Assembly (NCBI GenBank): GCA_041619375.1
Contig: JBFKEA010000002.1
Span: 1,689-65,688, forward strand
Length of the DNA: 64,000 nucleotides
Origin: Spongiibacter sp.
GTDB lineage: Bacteria; Pseudomonadota; Gammaproteobacteria; Pseudomonadales; Spongiibacteraceae
Reading direction: 5' to 3'
The notes under the pieces are model-generated. The model saw only the letters and a program-made list of their open reading frames with translations, did not search any database and was not told the origin of the DNA. Position numbers and translations under genes: made by a program. Shown in pieces: positions 19,315-28,874 of the stretch; position 1 is the first letter of the stretch, and each line of letters begins with the position of its first letter.

Positions 19315-20776
19315 ATGTCTGGCGACCGCGTTTTTCCATCCGCTGCAAAAACACCGCCATCACTGCGCGATACAACTCATCGCCCAGCAACTTATCCTCC
19401 ACACCGGCATCGACACTGGGGTTGTCATTGACCTCAATCACCACGACCCGATCGTCCTTTTGTTTTAAGTCCACCCCGTAGAAGCTATTGCCGATCAGCT
19501 TACAGGCTTTCAGCGCCGCATCGAGCACGGCTTTGGGCACCTCATCCAGCGGCACCGCATCAAACCCTCCTGACTGGCTGCGCTTGCCGTGGCGATAGAT
19601 CTGCCAGTGCTTGCGCACCATATAGTAGCGGCAGGCGTACAGCGCCTTGCCATCGAGCACGCCAATGCGCCAGTCGTAATCGGTATACATAAACTCCTGG
19701 GCCAACAGCAGCGCCGACTTATCCAGCAGTCGCTCGCTCTCGCTGCGCAATTCCTCCAAGGTGTCTACCTTGACCACCCCCTTAGAAAAAGCCCCGTCGG
19801 GAATTTTCAGCACCATTGGCAGGCCCAATGTGTCCACCAAGCGCTGCAACTCACCACTCTTGGCCCGGCGCAGGAACTCCGTAGCGGGCACCGCCAGGCG
19901 CTTACTGCGCAGCAAATCGGCGAGATAAATTTTGTTGGTGCAACGCAAAATCGACTGCGAGTCATCAATCACCACCAAGCCCTCGGCCTCGGCGCGCTTG
20001 GCAAAGCGATAGCTCTGGCGGTTAACGGCGGTGGTTTCACGAATAAATAAGCCGTCGTATTCCGCCAGACGGGGGTAGTCACGCTTGGTAATCAACTCGG
20101 CGCAGATGCCGAGCTTTTCCGCCGCGCGAATAAACTTGCGCAGCGCGACACCGTCGCTGGGCGCCATGTCTTCCTCGGGGTCGACCAGAATGGCCAAGTC
20201 GTAGCGAAAACTTTTGCGCGCCGGCGGCTTGCGCCACAGCTTGCGACTGAAGCGCTCAAAACTATTGGCAAAGGCCTCCTGCTCATCCGCCGTCTTGAGC
20301 GAACGCGGCGACACCGCCTGCAACTTATCCAGCCGCCAGCGGCCGCGATAAACCAGCGAGATTTCCAATATTGGACAGGGAAAGTGGGCAAATACCGACT
20401 TCGCCAATGCCGCCTGCTCATCGGCCAAGGCCTCCCCGAACCAACAGCGCAGCGTGCGCTGTTCGCCCTCGGCTGCTTTTTTCATCGCCGCCAATGCCGG
20501 CTGCACGCCCTCCCACTGAATCGACGACAGCGACTTGCGGCCGAGATCACTCAGGGTTTTTATCGCTGGAATCACGTGATGGCCACGCGCCTCGGCCAAC
20601 AGCGAGCAGTAATAGCCCGTGCCCAAGTAGCGATAAGAACGGCAGAGGTTCACGACCCTCACCCGCTCGCCAGTTGCCGGCAATGACAGGTAATCGTCAA
20701 AGCTGATGACGTCCTGACTGGGATAGTAAGGTGACCAATCCTTGACGTCGTCAACCACCACATACAAGCGAGACAT
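19313..20776 (-). CDS. RimK-family ATP-grasp amide ligase with N-terminal RLAN domain
   Basis: VNLCRSYRYLGTGYYCSLLAEARGH (RLAN-like). ATP-grasp motifs CTNK, VLKIPDGAFSKGV, QEF, DWRIGVL, YGVDLK and IEVNDNP. Start placed at MSRLY. Confidence 0.9.
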   Translation of the reverse strand: MSRLYVVVDDVKDWSPYYPSQDVISFDDYLSLPATGERVRVVNLCRSYRYLGTGYYCSLLAEARGHHVIPAIKTLSDLGRKSLSSIQWEGVQPALAAMKKAAEGEQRTLRCWFGEALADEQAALAKSVFAHFPCPILEISLVYRGRWRLDKLQAVSPRSLKTADEQEAFANSFERFSRKLWRKPPARKSFRYDLAILVDPEEDMAPSDGVALRKFIRAAEKLGICAELITKRDYPRLAEYDGLFIRETTAVNRQSYRFAKRAEAEGLVVIDDSQSILRCTNKIYLADLLRSKRLAVPATEFLRRAKSGELQRLVDTLGLPMVLKIPDGAFSKGVVKVDTLEELRSESERLLDKSALLLAQEFMYTDYDWRIGVLDGKALYACRYYMVRKHWQIYRHGKRSQSGGFDAVPLDEVPKAVLDAALKACKLIGNSFYGVDLKQKDDRVVVIEVNDNPSVDAGVEDKLLGDELYRAVMAVFLQRMEKRGRQT

Positions 20777-20986
20777 GCGACCACATAGCTCCACGCGCAG
20801 CACCCAACAGGGCAAAATACGGTCGCCAACGGCGCCGCAGTAATCGCCGCATTCTGCGACTAACTATTCAGCCACACAAGCGACAATATTCGATTGTGGT
20901 CAGTAAATAATGCGCAGTATGATCCGTCCATAGGCGAGCGCTGCCCGCCACCACCGAGTCAACATCATGATCGCGCAAATGAACCT

Positions 20987-22129
20987 ATGGCAAGGCCGAT
21001 GAGCGAGACAATCCGTTCTGCCAAAGAGCGCGATTTGGCGGGCCTGCTCGCCCTTGAAGAGCGCTGTTTCGACGGTGACCGACTGTCACGGCGCAGCTTC
21101 AAGGCCTTTATTCGCGATGGTGCCCACCAGCTCTTCGTCTGCGAAGAACAGGGCGCCCTGTGCGGCTACGCCCTGCTGCTGTATCGCCGCGGCACGCTGT
21201 TGGCCAGGCTCTATTCGCTGGCCGTTGATCCCGCCCTGCGCGGTCGCGGCATCGCCCAACAACTGTTGGCAGAGGGCGAGCAGCGCGCACGCCAGCGCGG
21301 CTGCGTGTTTCTGCGCCTTGAGGTGCGCGAAGACAACAGTGCGGCCATTGCCCTCTATCGGCGCAGTGGCTACCGCCATTTTGACCGCGTCGGCGATTAC
21401 TACGACGACGGCTGCAGCGCCATACGCATGGAAAAACGCCTGCGCAGCGCCCCACCCAGCACCACTGGCGATGCACCGCGCTACTACCGCCAGACCACCG
21501 AGTTCACCTGTGGCCCGGCCTGCCTGCTAATGGCCATGCACGACATCGACCCCAGCAGCCCGATGTCGCGCCGCGCCGAACTGCAGATATGGCGCGAGGC
21601 CACCACCATCTTTATGGGCAGCGGTCACGGCGGCTGCTCACCCCACGGCCTGGCGCTTGCCGCGCTGCGCCGCGGCTTCCGCTGCACCCTGTATATCAAC
21701 GACAGCGGCACTCCGTTTATCGACAGCGTAAGAAGTGTACAGAAGCGTCAACTGATGGAAGTGGTGCACCGCGACTTTGAGGATCAATTGCGCGAACACC
21801 AGGCCGACATCCGCATCGCCAGCCTCGACAAGGCCCAGCTCACTGAATTGTTGAACAAGCATCAACACATCGTCGCCCTGATCAGCACCTGGGCATTGGA
21901 CCGCCAGCGCGCACCACACTGGGTCTATGTGTATCGCAGCGACGCCGATACCGTGTACATCAACGACCCCGACAGCAACTGCGCCAGCGGCCTGTCACTG
22001 GACGACAGTGACAGCGACTGGCAATCTGAAACAGATTACCGCCATGTGCCCATTTCGCTGGACCAGTTCAGCGCCATGGCAAGCTTCGGTAAGCGGCGCC
22101 TGCGCTGCCTGCTAGCACTCGATAAATAG
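20987..22129 (+). CDS. GNAT (RimI-like) acetyltransferase fused to a C39-like (DUF3335) cysteine peptidase
   Basis: YSLAVDPALRGRGIA and LEVREDNSAAIALY (GNAT); YYRQTTEFTCGPACL, PHWV and INDPD (Q/C/H/D papain-like set). Start uncertain (20987 or 20999). Confidence 0.88.
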   Translation: MARPMSETIRSAKERDLAGLLALEERCFDGDRLSRRSFKAFIRDGAHQLFVCEEQGALCGYALLLYRRGTLLARLYSLAVDPALRGRGIAQQLLAEGEQRARQRGCVFLRLEVREDNSAAIALYRRSGYRHFDRVGDYYDDGCSAIRMEKRLRSAPPSTTGDAPRYYRQTTEFTCGPACLLMAMHDIDPSSPMSRRAELQIWREATTIFMGSGHGGCSPHGLALAALRRGFRCTLYINDSGTPFIDSVRSVQKRQLMEVVHRDFEDQLREHQADIRIASLDKAQLTELLNKHQHIVALISTWALDRQRAPHWVYVYRSDADTVYINDPDSNCASGLSLDDSDSDWQSETDYRHVPISLDQFSAMASFGKRRLRCLLALDK

Positions 22130-22137
22130 GGCTTTTT

Positions 22138-23457
22138 ATGCCGGATAACGACGACTACCGGGCGGCATTGCGCGCCCTGTCCGACGAATTGATCGCCATT
22201 CAAAAACCGATCCTGATCCTCGATGCCATTAAATGGCCACAGGCAATGGAAAATGCCTTTTTTGCCGGCGGAGCCAAGAAACTGCCAGCCTTCGGGCGCG
22301 AAGAATACCTGCAGCGCAATCCGCTCAACTTTGACCCGGCCACCACCGACCAGCGCCTCGGCGATTTCCAGAAGCGGATCAGCAATGTGCTGGGGCACAA
22401 CGACCCACTTGGGACCATCCTCTGGGAAACCGCCGAGCAATATCGCCTGGTCGTCAAGCTGCTGAGTGAGCGCGGCCGGCCGGAATTTTTGACCGCCAGC
22501 CGCCAGCTTTACGGCTCGGCGCGCGATCACTTGCGCGGCGACAGTACACCACTGATCGACATGGGCAAACGCCTGTGCGAGATTTTTTCACTGCCGGCTG
22601 CCAGCCACTTGGCCTCCGCCTACCCGAAAAACATCAGTGCAGAACAGGCCGTCATCCAGCTCCGCGAGCGTCTGCAGCCGTTTTTTCACGACAGTGCCTT
22701 CAGCGTTCGCGAAACCGACGGCATTGTCTCCGACGCCGCCGCCGGTGGCGATTGCATCAAGATCAATAGCAACGCCAGCTTTTCTCGCCTAGAGCTGCAG
22801 GTATTAGAAGTCCACGAGGGCTGGGTACACGTTGGCACCACCCTCAACGGCCGCCGCCAGCCCTGGGCCAGCTGGCTGAGTGTCGGCTCGCCGCGCATTA
22901 CCGCGCTTCAGGAGGGGCTGGCGGTGTTAATCGAAACCCTCACCTTCAGTTCCTTCCCTGGCCGGGCGCGCAAAATCAGTGACCGGGTGGTCGCCATCGA
23001 CATGGCCGAGCAAGGGGCTGACTTTATCGAGGTATACCGCCACTTTGTCGATCACGGCCTGAGCCCCAAGGAAAGCTACAAAATTGCCCAGCGGGTGTTC
23101 CGCGGCGGCATGGTCGGCGGCGGCGCCTGCTTTACCAAGGACCTGAGTTATGTGAAGGGATTTGTGGAAACGGTGAACTTTATCCGCAGCGCCATTCTCG
23201 CAGATGTGCCGCAGATTCTGCCGCTGCTATTTGTCGGCAAGGTGTCACTCGGTGATGTGCCGGTGCTCTACCAATATCTCGACGACGGCACGATTCAGGC
23301 ACCGCATTATTTACCGCCGATGTTTCGCGACCTCAACGGCCTGTATGTCTGGTTCGGCTTTTCCAGCGGCCTGTCACAGGTCAACCTGCAAAGTGTACAG
23401 AGCCATTTTCAGACGCTGTTTCACCAGCTCAAGCCAACACCCGGCAGCGAGTTGTAA
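22138..23457 (+). CDS. QEGLA-motif / DUF1704 metallopeptidase-like protein
   Basis: VHEGWVH (HExxxH), QEGLA, RVFRGG and FTKDLSYVKG motifs. Starts 8 nt after the GNAT-C39 gene. Confidence 0.88.
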   Translation: MPDNDDYRAALRALSDELIAIQKPILILDAIKWPQAMENAFFAGGAKKLPAFGREEYLQRNPLNFDPATTDQRLGDFQKRISNVLGHNDPLGTILWETAEQYRLVVKLLSERGRPEFLTASRQLYGSARDHLRGDSTPLIDMGKRLCEIFSLPAASHLASAYPKNISAEQAVIQLRERLQPFFHDSAFSVRETDGIVSDAAAGGDCIKINSNASFSRLELQVLEVHEGWVHVGTTLNGRRQPWASWLSVGSPRITALQEGLAVLIETLTFSSFPGRARKISDRVVAIDMAEQGADFIEVYRHFVDHGLSPKESYKIAQRVFRGGMVGGGACFTKDLSYVKGFVETVNFIRSAILADVPQILPLLFVGKVSLGDVPVLYQYLDDGTIQAPHYLPPMFRDLNGLYVWFGFSSGLSQVNLQSVQSHFQTLFHQLKPTPGSEL

Positions 23458-23474
23458 GCCCGGCATGCCGGGCT
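23457..23474. terminator. GC-rich palindrome between convergent genes
   Basis: AGCCCGGCATGCCGGGCT perfect inverted repeat; no U tract. Confidence 0.4.
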
Positions 23475-23481
23475 CTATCGC

Positions 23482-23763
23482 TTAGCCGTAGAAACAGGCG
23501 TACGCGCTGGTCTCGGCAATTTTTAAATCAAAGGCACTGTTCGCCGGCACGTGGAACTCTTCGCCCGCGCCAAAACTCTGCCAGCTATCGCTGTCCGGCA
23601 GCAGTACCGTCAACTCACCGCTGATCACCAGCATGCGCTCAGCTGCCTCGGTGCCAAAACGGTATTCACCAACATTCATCACGCCCACCGATACCGGCTG
23701 AGTCTTGCCCTCAAAGCCCAGTGACTGAACATTGTCGTCAAAGTAACTGTTGTGTTTAATCAC
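23482..23763 (-). CDS. ppnP: Pyrimidine/purine nucleoside phosphorylase (YaiE/DUF1255 cupin)
   Basis: NSYFDDNVQSLGF, SVGVM, FGTEAAERM and FHVPANS motifs; 93 aa. Confidence 0.88.
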   Translation of the reverse strand: MIKHNSYFDDNVQSLGFEGKTQPVSVGVMNVGEYRFGTEAAERMLVISGELTVLLPDSDSWQSFGAGEEFHVPANSAFDLKIAETSAYACFYG

Positions 23764-26700
23764 GACACACCCTCTTTTTCAGTAAAGGCGCGATCATACG
23801 CGTCGCGCTGCCCTTCGGCCAGAGGCAGCGCTGAGGCGGCCAGCTCGGCGTTGTAATCGCGACCAATGTACTGGTACATCGCCGGCACCACAAACAGGGT
23901 AAACAAAGTGCCAATACTCATCCCCGAGGCAATGACCATACCCAACGAGAAGCGCGAGGCCGCGCCCGCGCCGCTGACCGCCAGTAGCGGCAACATCGCC
24001 ATAACCAAAGCCGCTGTGGTCATCAATATCGGCCGCAGGCGAATAGAAGCGGCCTCCTCAATGGCCTCGCGTTTGCCCACACCCTGCTCCTGCAGACGGT
24101 TGGCAAAATCCACCATCAAAATACCGTGCTTGGAGATCACGCCGATAAGCGTCACCAAACCAACCTGGGTATAAATATTCAGGGTCATACCGGGAAACGC
24201 CGTCAGCTGCATGCCATTAGTTAAGGCAAAGACATTGATACACAGCAGCGCGCCGCATACCGACATGGGCACGGTTACCAAAATGATTAGCGGATCGCGG
24301 AACGATTCAAACTGCGCGGCCAGCACCAGGTAAATAATCAGCAGGGCAAAGGCAAAGGTGCCTACCAACGCGCCCCCCTCCTGCTTGAACTGACGCGAGC
24401 TGCCGCCGTAGTCCAACTGAAAATTGGTCGGCATAATGTCCTTGGCAATGCCCTCGAGTAATGCCAGCGCCTCCCCCTGGGTGACATCCGGGCGCGGCAC
24501 GGCAATGATGGTATTGGCATTGAGCTGCTGGGCGTGGGGAATGGAGCGCGGCTTGGTGGTTTGCACCACCTCGACCAGGGTTGAGATCGCCATCAACTCG
24601 CCATTGCCAGCGCGGGTGTAAAAGCTCGTTAGCTGCTCGGGATTCAGGCGCTCTTCGCGCTGCACCTGGGCAATCACCTTGTAGGAGCGGCCCATATAGG
24701 AAAAGCGGTTGACCTCGGCGCCAGCCATCATCGCCGCCAAATCCGCGCTGATCGTTTGCATATCCACGCCGAGCAGGCCGGCTTTATCGCGATCGATAAC
24801 GATTTCCGCCTCGGGTCGGTCGAAATTCAACTGCGACGCCACATAGAAAAAGCGCTTGCTCTGCATCGCCCGCTTCACTAATTCGTCACCCACCTCGGCA
24901 AGCAATGCCGGCTCGGCCGTCGATTTGAGAATAAACTCCACCGGATAGCCCTGACCGGGCGTCGGCAACGGCGGCGGCTGAAAGGTCGCCAGACGCAGCG
25001 GCGCCACAGACACCATACTTGCGCTCAGGTCGTTGGCGACATCGCCCATACTCTTGTCTCGGGCATCCCAGGGAGCACCGATCAAACCCATAAAACCTTT
25101 ATTGCTCGCCATGGTAAACGCAAAGGTGTGGTCAACCTCGGGGTGAGCCAGGGCCAACTCCTGCGTCGCCAAAAAGGCCTCGGCAAAATATTCCGGAGAC
25201 GTATAGCCATCGCCTTCGGCAATCACCCCGGCAAAACCTAGGTCTTCAGCCGGCGCCAGCTCGCTGTCACTACCCTGATAAAGGAAGTAGCAAGACAGCA
25301 GTACCACAAGGCCAAACACGCCTATCACATGCACCTGATCCATCGCCGCATGTAAACGCTGTTTGTAGCCCAGCCGCCAGAATTCAAACCGCTCGTCCAG
25401 AAAGCGCTCCAAACGGCTGCCGCCCTCGGCGCTGTGCGGCTGCAATATTCTGGCGCACATCATCGGCGTCAATGTCAGAGCGATCACCCCGGAAATCAGT
25501 ACAGCGCCTGCCAGGGTAAAGGCAAACTCGGTAAACAGTTTTCCTGTCATACCGGTTAAAAAACCAATGGGCGCGTAGACCGCTACCAGCGTGACGGTCA
25601 TCGTAATCACCGGCCCCAACAGCTCTCTGGCGCCAAGCAGCGCCGCCTGCCGCGGCGCCATGCCCTCCTCAATATGGCGGTGGATATTCTCAAGGACAAT
25701 AATGGCGTCATCAACCACCATACCAATGGCCAACACCATCGCCAGTAGGGTCAGCAGATTGATGGAAAAGCCCAGCCAATACATCAAAAACAGGGCGCCC
25801 ACCAATGACAGCGGTACCGTGACCGCAGGAATCATCGAGCTGCGCAGTGAGCCCAAGAACAGAAAAATCACCACGATGACGATCAGTACCGCCTCGACGA
25901 GGGTGCCCTGCACATCGCTGATCGCCGCATTGACATAGACCGTGCTGTCATAAGAGATATTGCCTTCAATCCCCTCAGGAAGCGCTTTGTGGATGGCCGG
26001 CCAGCGCTTGCGAACCTCTGCCGCCACCTCCAGCAAATTCGCGTCGGGGCGCACTTCTATACCGATAAACAATCCGGGCTCGGCATCCCAGTGCGCCACA
26101 AAGTCATAGCTTTCGTCGCCAAAGACCACATCGGCCACATCACTTAAACGCACCAGCTGGGTGCCCTCACTGCGCAGCACCAGCTTGCGAAACGCCTCAG
26201 CGCTGCGCAGATCGGTATCAGCCGACACCCCGACTTTCACGTACTGCCCCTTGGTCTCACCCACCGCTGACAACACATTTTGACGACGCACCGCCGCAAA
26301 GGCCTCTCCTGGGGTCATGTCATGGGCGGCCAGCCGCTCCGGATCGAACCAAATACGCATTGCGTAATTACGCCCGCCCAGTATCGATGCCCGCTCCACA
26401 CCATCGAGAGCCGCCAACTCGGGTTCAACGACCCGCGCCACATAATCGGTTAACTGTGCCTTGCTGAGGGTTTTAGAGTAAAACGACAGGTACATGGCGG
26501 CGTTCTCACCGGCACCGGCCAGCTCAATCACCGGATCCTCGCTGCCCTCGGGCAACTGACTGCGCAATTTGTTTACCTTGGCCGATATTTCGGTCAGCGC
26601 CTCATTGGGGTCCTTATCAATGTGCAAATTGGCGGTGATCCTGGCCACCCCCTGTGCAGAATTGGAACTGAGGAAGTCGATGCCATCCGCCGAGGCAATT

Positions 26701-26909
26701 TCGCGCTCAAGCGGCGTGGTAATAAAGCCCTCCACCAGCTCGGGGTCAGCACCAGGATAGACCACCGATACACTGACCTGCGCGTTCTGAATTTCGGGGT
26801 ATTCGCGCACCGTGAGATCTTGAGCCGCGCGCAGCCCGAGGAGAAATATCACCAGGCTGACGACGACGGCCAACACCGGGCGTTTGATAAAAATATCAGT
26901 GAAGTGCAT
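23760..26909 (-). CDS. RND efflux permease (HAE1, MexI/MexW-like)
   Basis: FIKRPVLA, GMVVDDAI and RLRPILMT motifs; 1049 aa. Confidence 0.95.
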   Translation of the reverse strand: MHFTDIFIKRPVLAVVVSLVIFLLGLRAAQDLTVREYPEIQNAQVSVSVVYPGADPELVEGFITTPLEREIASADGIDFLSSNSAQGVARITANLHIDKDPNEALTEISAKVNKLRSQLPEGSEDPVIELAGAGENAAMYLSFYSKTLSKAQLTDYVARVVEPELAALDGVERASILGGRNYAMRIWFDPERLAAHDMTPGEAFAAVRRQNVLSAVGETKGQYVKVGVSADTDLRSAEAFRKLVLRSEGTQLVRLSDVADVVFGDESYDFVAHWDAEPGLFIGIEVRPDANLLEVAAEVRKRWPAIHKALPEGIEGNISYDSTVYVNAAISDVQGTLVEAVLIVIVVIFLFLGSLRSSMIPAVTVPLSLVGALFLMYWLGFSINLLTLLAMVLAIGMVVDDAIIVLENIHRHIEEGMAPRQAALLGARELLGPVITMTVTLVAVYAPIGFLTGMTGKLFTEFAFTLAGAVLISGVIALTLTPMMCARILQPHSAEGGSRLERFLDERFEFWRLGYKQRLHAAMDQVHVIGVFGLVVLLSCYFLYQGSDSELAPAEDLGFAGVIAEGDGYTSPEYFAEAFLATQELALAHPEVDHTFAFTMASNKGFMGLIGAPWDARDKSMGDVANDLSASMVSVAPLRLATFQPPPLPTPGQGYPVEFILKSTAEPALLAEVGDELVKRAMQSKRFFYVASQLNFDRPEAEIVIDRDKAGLLGVDMQTISADLAAMMAGAEVNRFSYMGRSYKVIAQVQREERLNPEQLTSFYTRAGNGELMAISTLVEVVQTTKPRSIPHAQQLNANTIIAVPRPDVTQGEALALLEGIAKDIMPTNFQLDYGGSSRQFKQEGGALVGTFAFALLIIYLVLAAQFESFRDPLIILVTVPMSVCGALLCINVFALTNGMQLTAFPGMTLNIYTQVGLVTLIGVISKHGILMVDFANRLQEQGVGKREAIEEAASIRLRPILMTTAALVMAMLPLLAVSGAGAASRFSLGMVIASGMSIGTLFTLFVVPAMYQYIGRDYNAELAASALPLAEGQRDAYDRAFTEKEGVS

Positions 26910-26946
26910 TGCGCCTATCCTTGTTGAAAGTGGGGTACGGCTACAC

Positions 26947-28074
26947 TCAGCCCTGCGGTGGTTGTGGCGTCAAACTCGGCTTGGGGGCCAATTCGCTCTC
27001 TATTTTCACCGGCTGACCGCTGCGCAATTTCAGCAAGCCACTGCTGGCAACTTGCTCACCCTCTTCGACCCCGGAAATCACCGCGACATAATCGCCGCGC
27101 GCCTCGCCCAAGGTAATAAAGCGCTGTACCACCTCAAGCTGAGGCTGGGTGCTATCTGCGCCCTGCTGACGAATCACAAACACCGAATCGCCATAAGAGC
27201 TGTATTGAATCGCAGTGCGCGGCAACACCAAGGTGTCTTGGGGCTCGCCCAGTTCAACAGAAACCTTGGCGAACAGTCCCGGTTTCAGCCGCTTTTCCGG
27301 GTTGGCAAAGCGGGCGCGAACATCAAAATTGCGGGTCTGGGGATCAACCTTGGGTTCTACTGCAATGATGTTGCCTTGGAACTGCTGCCCCCCCAAAGCA
27401 TCGACGCGAATGGACAGCGGCAGGCCGGCCCGCACCACGCCCAATTGTTTTTCCGGCAGGGAAAAATCCAATTCGATAGGGTCTAATGCCTGCAAGGTCA
27501 CAATCTTGTCACCGGCGCGTAAATACTGCCCCAGCGCAACACGACGAATACCCAGCTCGCCATTAAAAGGTGCCTGCAAGGTTTTTAAAGCCAGGCGGCC
27601 GCGCTGGGCCTCAACGGCAGACTTGGCAACATCGGTCTCCGCCATCGCCGTGTCGTACTCGGATTTCGAGATGGTGCCGCGCCGGTAAAGCTGTTCGCGG
27701 CGGCGCTGTTCGATTTCTGCCAACTTTGCCTGCGCCTCGAGTCGCGCTAACTCGCCGCGCTCCGCAACCGACTCCAGACTGAGCAGCGGCTGCCCCTCCT
27801 CGACACTCTGACCCGACTCAAAGTGAATGGCCGTCACCGTGCCATCAACCTGAGTGGTCAAATCTGCGCCCATGACGGCCACCAAACTGCCCACCGCCGA
27901 CAATTGCGCCGCCCACTGCTGGCGCTGTATCTCCGCGCTGTTCACACTCACTGCGGGCGTCGGCATATTGTCGATGTAGTCGTTCATCATTTTACCGCCG
28001 AACCACTTCATGCCAAATACGCCGCCAAACACGATGCCGCAAAGCAGCAGCATAACGACCATACGCTTAGTCAT
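26947..28074 (-). CDS. RND periplasmic adaptor (MFP, MexH/MexV-like)
   Basis: N-terminal TM, lipoyl half-motifs (GTVTAIHFESGQSV, APFNG) and LKPGLFA. Confidence 0.93.
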   Translation of the reverse strand: MTKRMVVMLLLCGIVFGGVFGMKWFGGKMMNDYIDNMPTPAVSVNSAEIQRQQWAAQLSAVGSLVAVMGADLTTQVDGTVTAIHFESGQSVEEGQPLLSLESVAERGELARLEAQAKLAEIEQRRREQLYRRGTISKSEYDTAMAETDVAKSAVEAQRGRLALKTLQAPFNGELGIRRVALGQYLRAGDKIVTLQALDPIELDFSLPEKQLGVVRAGLPLSIRVDALGGQQFQGNIIAVEPKVDPQTRNFDVRARFANPEKRLKPGLFAKVSVELGEPQDTLVLPRTAIQYSSYGDSVFVIRQQGADSTQPQLEVVQRFITLGEARGDYVAVISGVEEGEQVASSGLLKLRSGQPVKIESELAPKPSLTPQPPQG

Positions 28075-28329
28075 GGGTATTCCTTGTCTATTTCAGGGCT
28101 TTTCGGGGCAATGTAACGCAGATCAGGATGACAACTAACACAGTGAGAAAAACTGCTGAGGGGACTCCATCCCGGTAACGCTTCCATTATGCTTGCCCAC
28201 ATCGAGCAGTAGAACGACCAAGCTTAGCAAGGATAAAAATGCGACTGCATTAATATTTTGAAAGATTACTATCAGTAACAGCTAAAGTTTAAACACCTAT
28301 ACTCCACCGCCATCTATCGATGGCCACAA

Positions 28330-28367
28330 ACAAAAACGCCCCAGTCTTGCGACTGGGGCGTTTTTGT
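28330..28367 (-). terminator. Intrinsic terminator downstream of tRNA-Ser
   Basis: ACAAAAACGCCCCAGTC-TTGC-GACTGGGGCGTTTTTGT perfect hairpin with T tracts on both strands. Confidence 0.88.
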
Positions 28368-28373
28368 ATTGTA

Positions 28374-28466
28374 TGGCGGAGAAGGAGGGATTCGAACCCT
28401 CGATGAAGCTATTAACCCCATACTCCCTTAGCAGGGGAGCGCCTTCAGCCACTCGGCCACCTCTCC
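28374..28466 (-). tRNA. tRNA-Ser(GCT)
   Basis: GGAGAGGTGGCCGAGTGGCTGAAGGCG-CTCCC-CTGCTAA-GGGAG, long variable arm, GGTTCGAATCC, 3' CTCCGCCA. Lies downstream of csrA as is typical. Confidence 0.96.
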
Positions 28467-28555
28467 GTGATGTTGCAGCTTACACTGCCTGTTTCGTTGG
28501 CAACTGTCTTTGCTCGGCGCTAAGGCCTTGTTTTCAAAGACTGTTATTAACGAAA

Positions 28556-28572
28556 CGCGCGGCATAATACCA
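28556..28572 (-). promoter_or_regulatory. Putative extended -10 promoter with GC-rich discriminator for tRNA-Ser
   Basis: Minus strand TGgTATTAT followed by GCCGCGCG, typical of stable-RNA promoters. Confidence 0.45.
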
Positions 28573-28613
28573 TACTGAGCGAAGAATCAAAGTCCTTTGC
28601 AGCAATTTCCGCG

Positions 28614-28796
28614 CTATTCTTTATTACCGTCTTTTTCACCTTGAATGCGATCGTAAATTTCTTCGCGATGAACGGCGATATGCTTAGGCGCATTGACACC
28701 CAGGCGCACCTGATTGCCCTTCACACCCAGTACAGTAACGGTTACTTCGTCACCGACCATCAGTGTCTCACCAATACGACGAGTCAGTATTAACAT
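28614..28796 (-). CDS. csrA: Carbon storage regulator CsrA/RsmA
   Basis: [45 protein letters not shown]. Confidence 0.98.
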   Translation of the reverse strand: MLILTRRIGETLMVGDEVTVTVLGVKGNQVRLGVNAPKHIAVHREEIYDRIQGEKDGNKE

Positions 28797-28874
28797 GTTG
28801 GTTTCTCCTAGCCAGAGTCCGTGTCCATACCCCGTGCGTATCCCTATGCGCGCAGCGGTTCGTGTCTCTATTAA

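Noticed and set aside
23760-28466. Genomic island integrated at tRNA-Ser
   Set aside because: No integrase, no duplicated tRNA 3' end seen, and the native terminator directly follows the tRNA.
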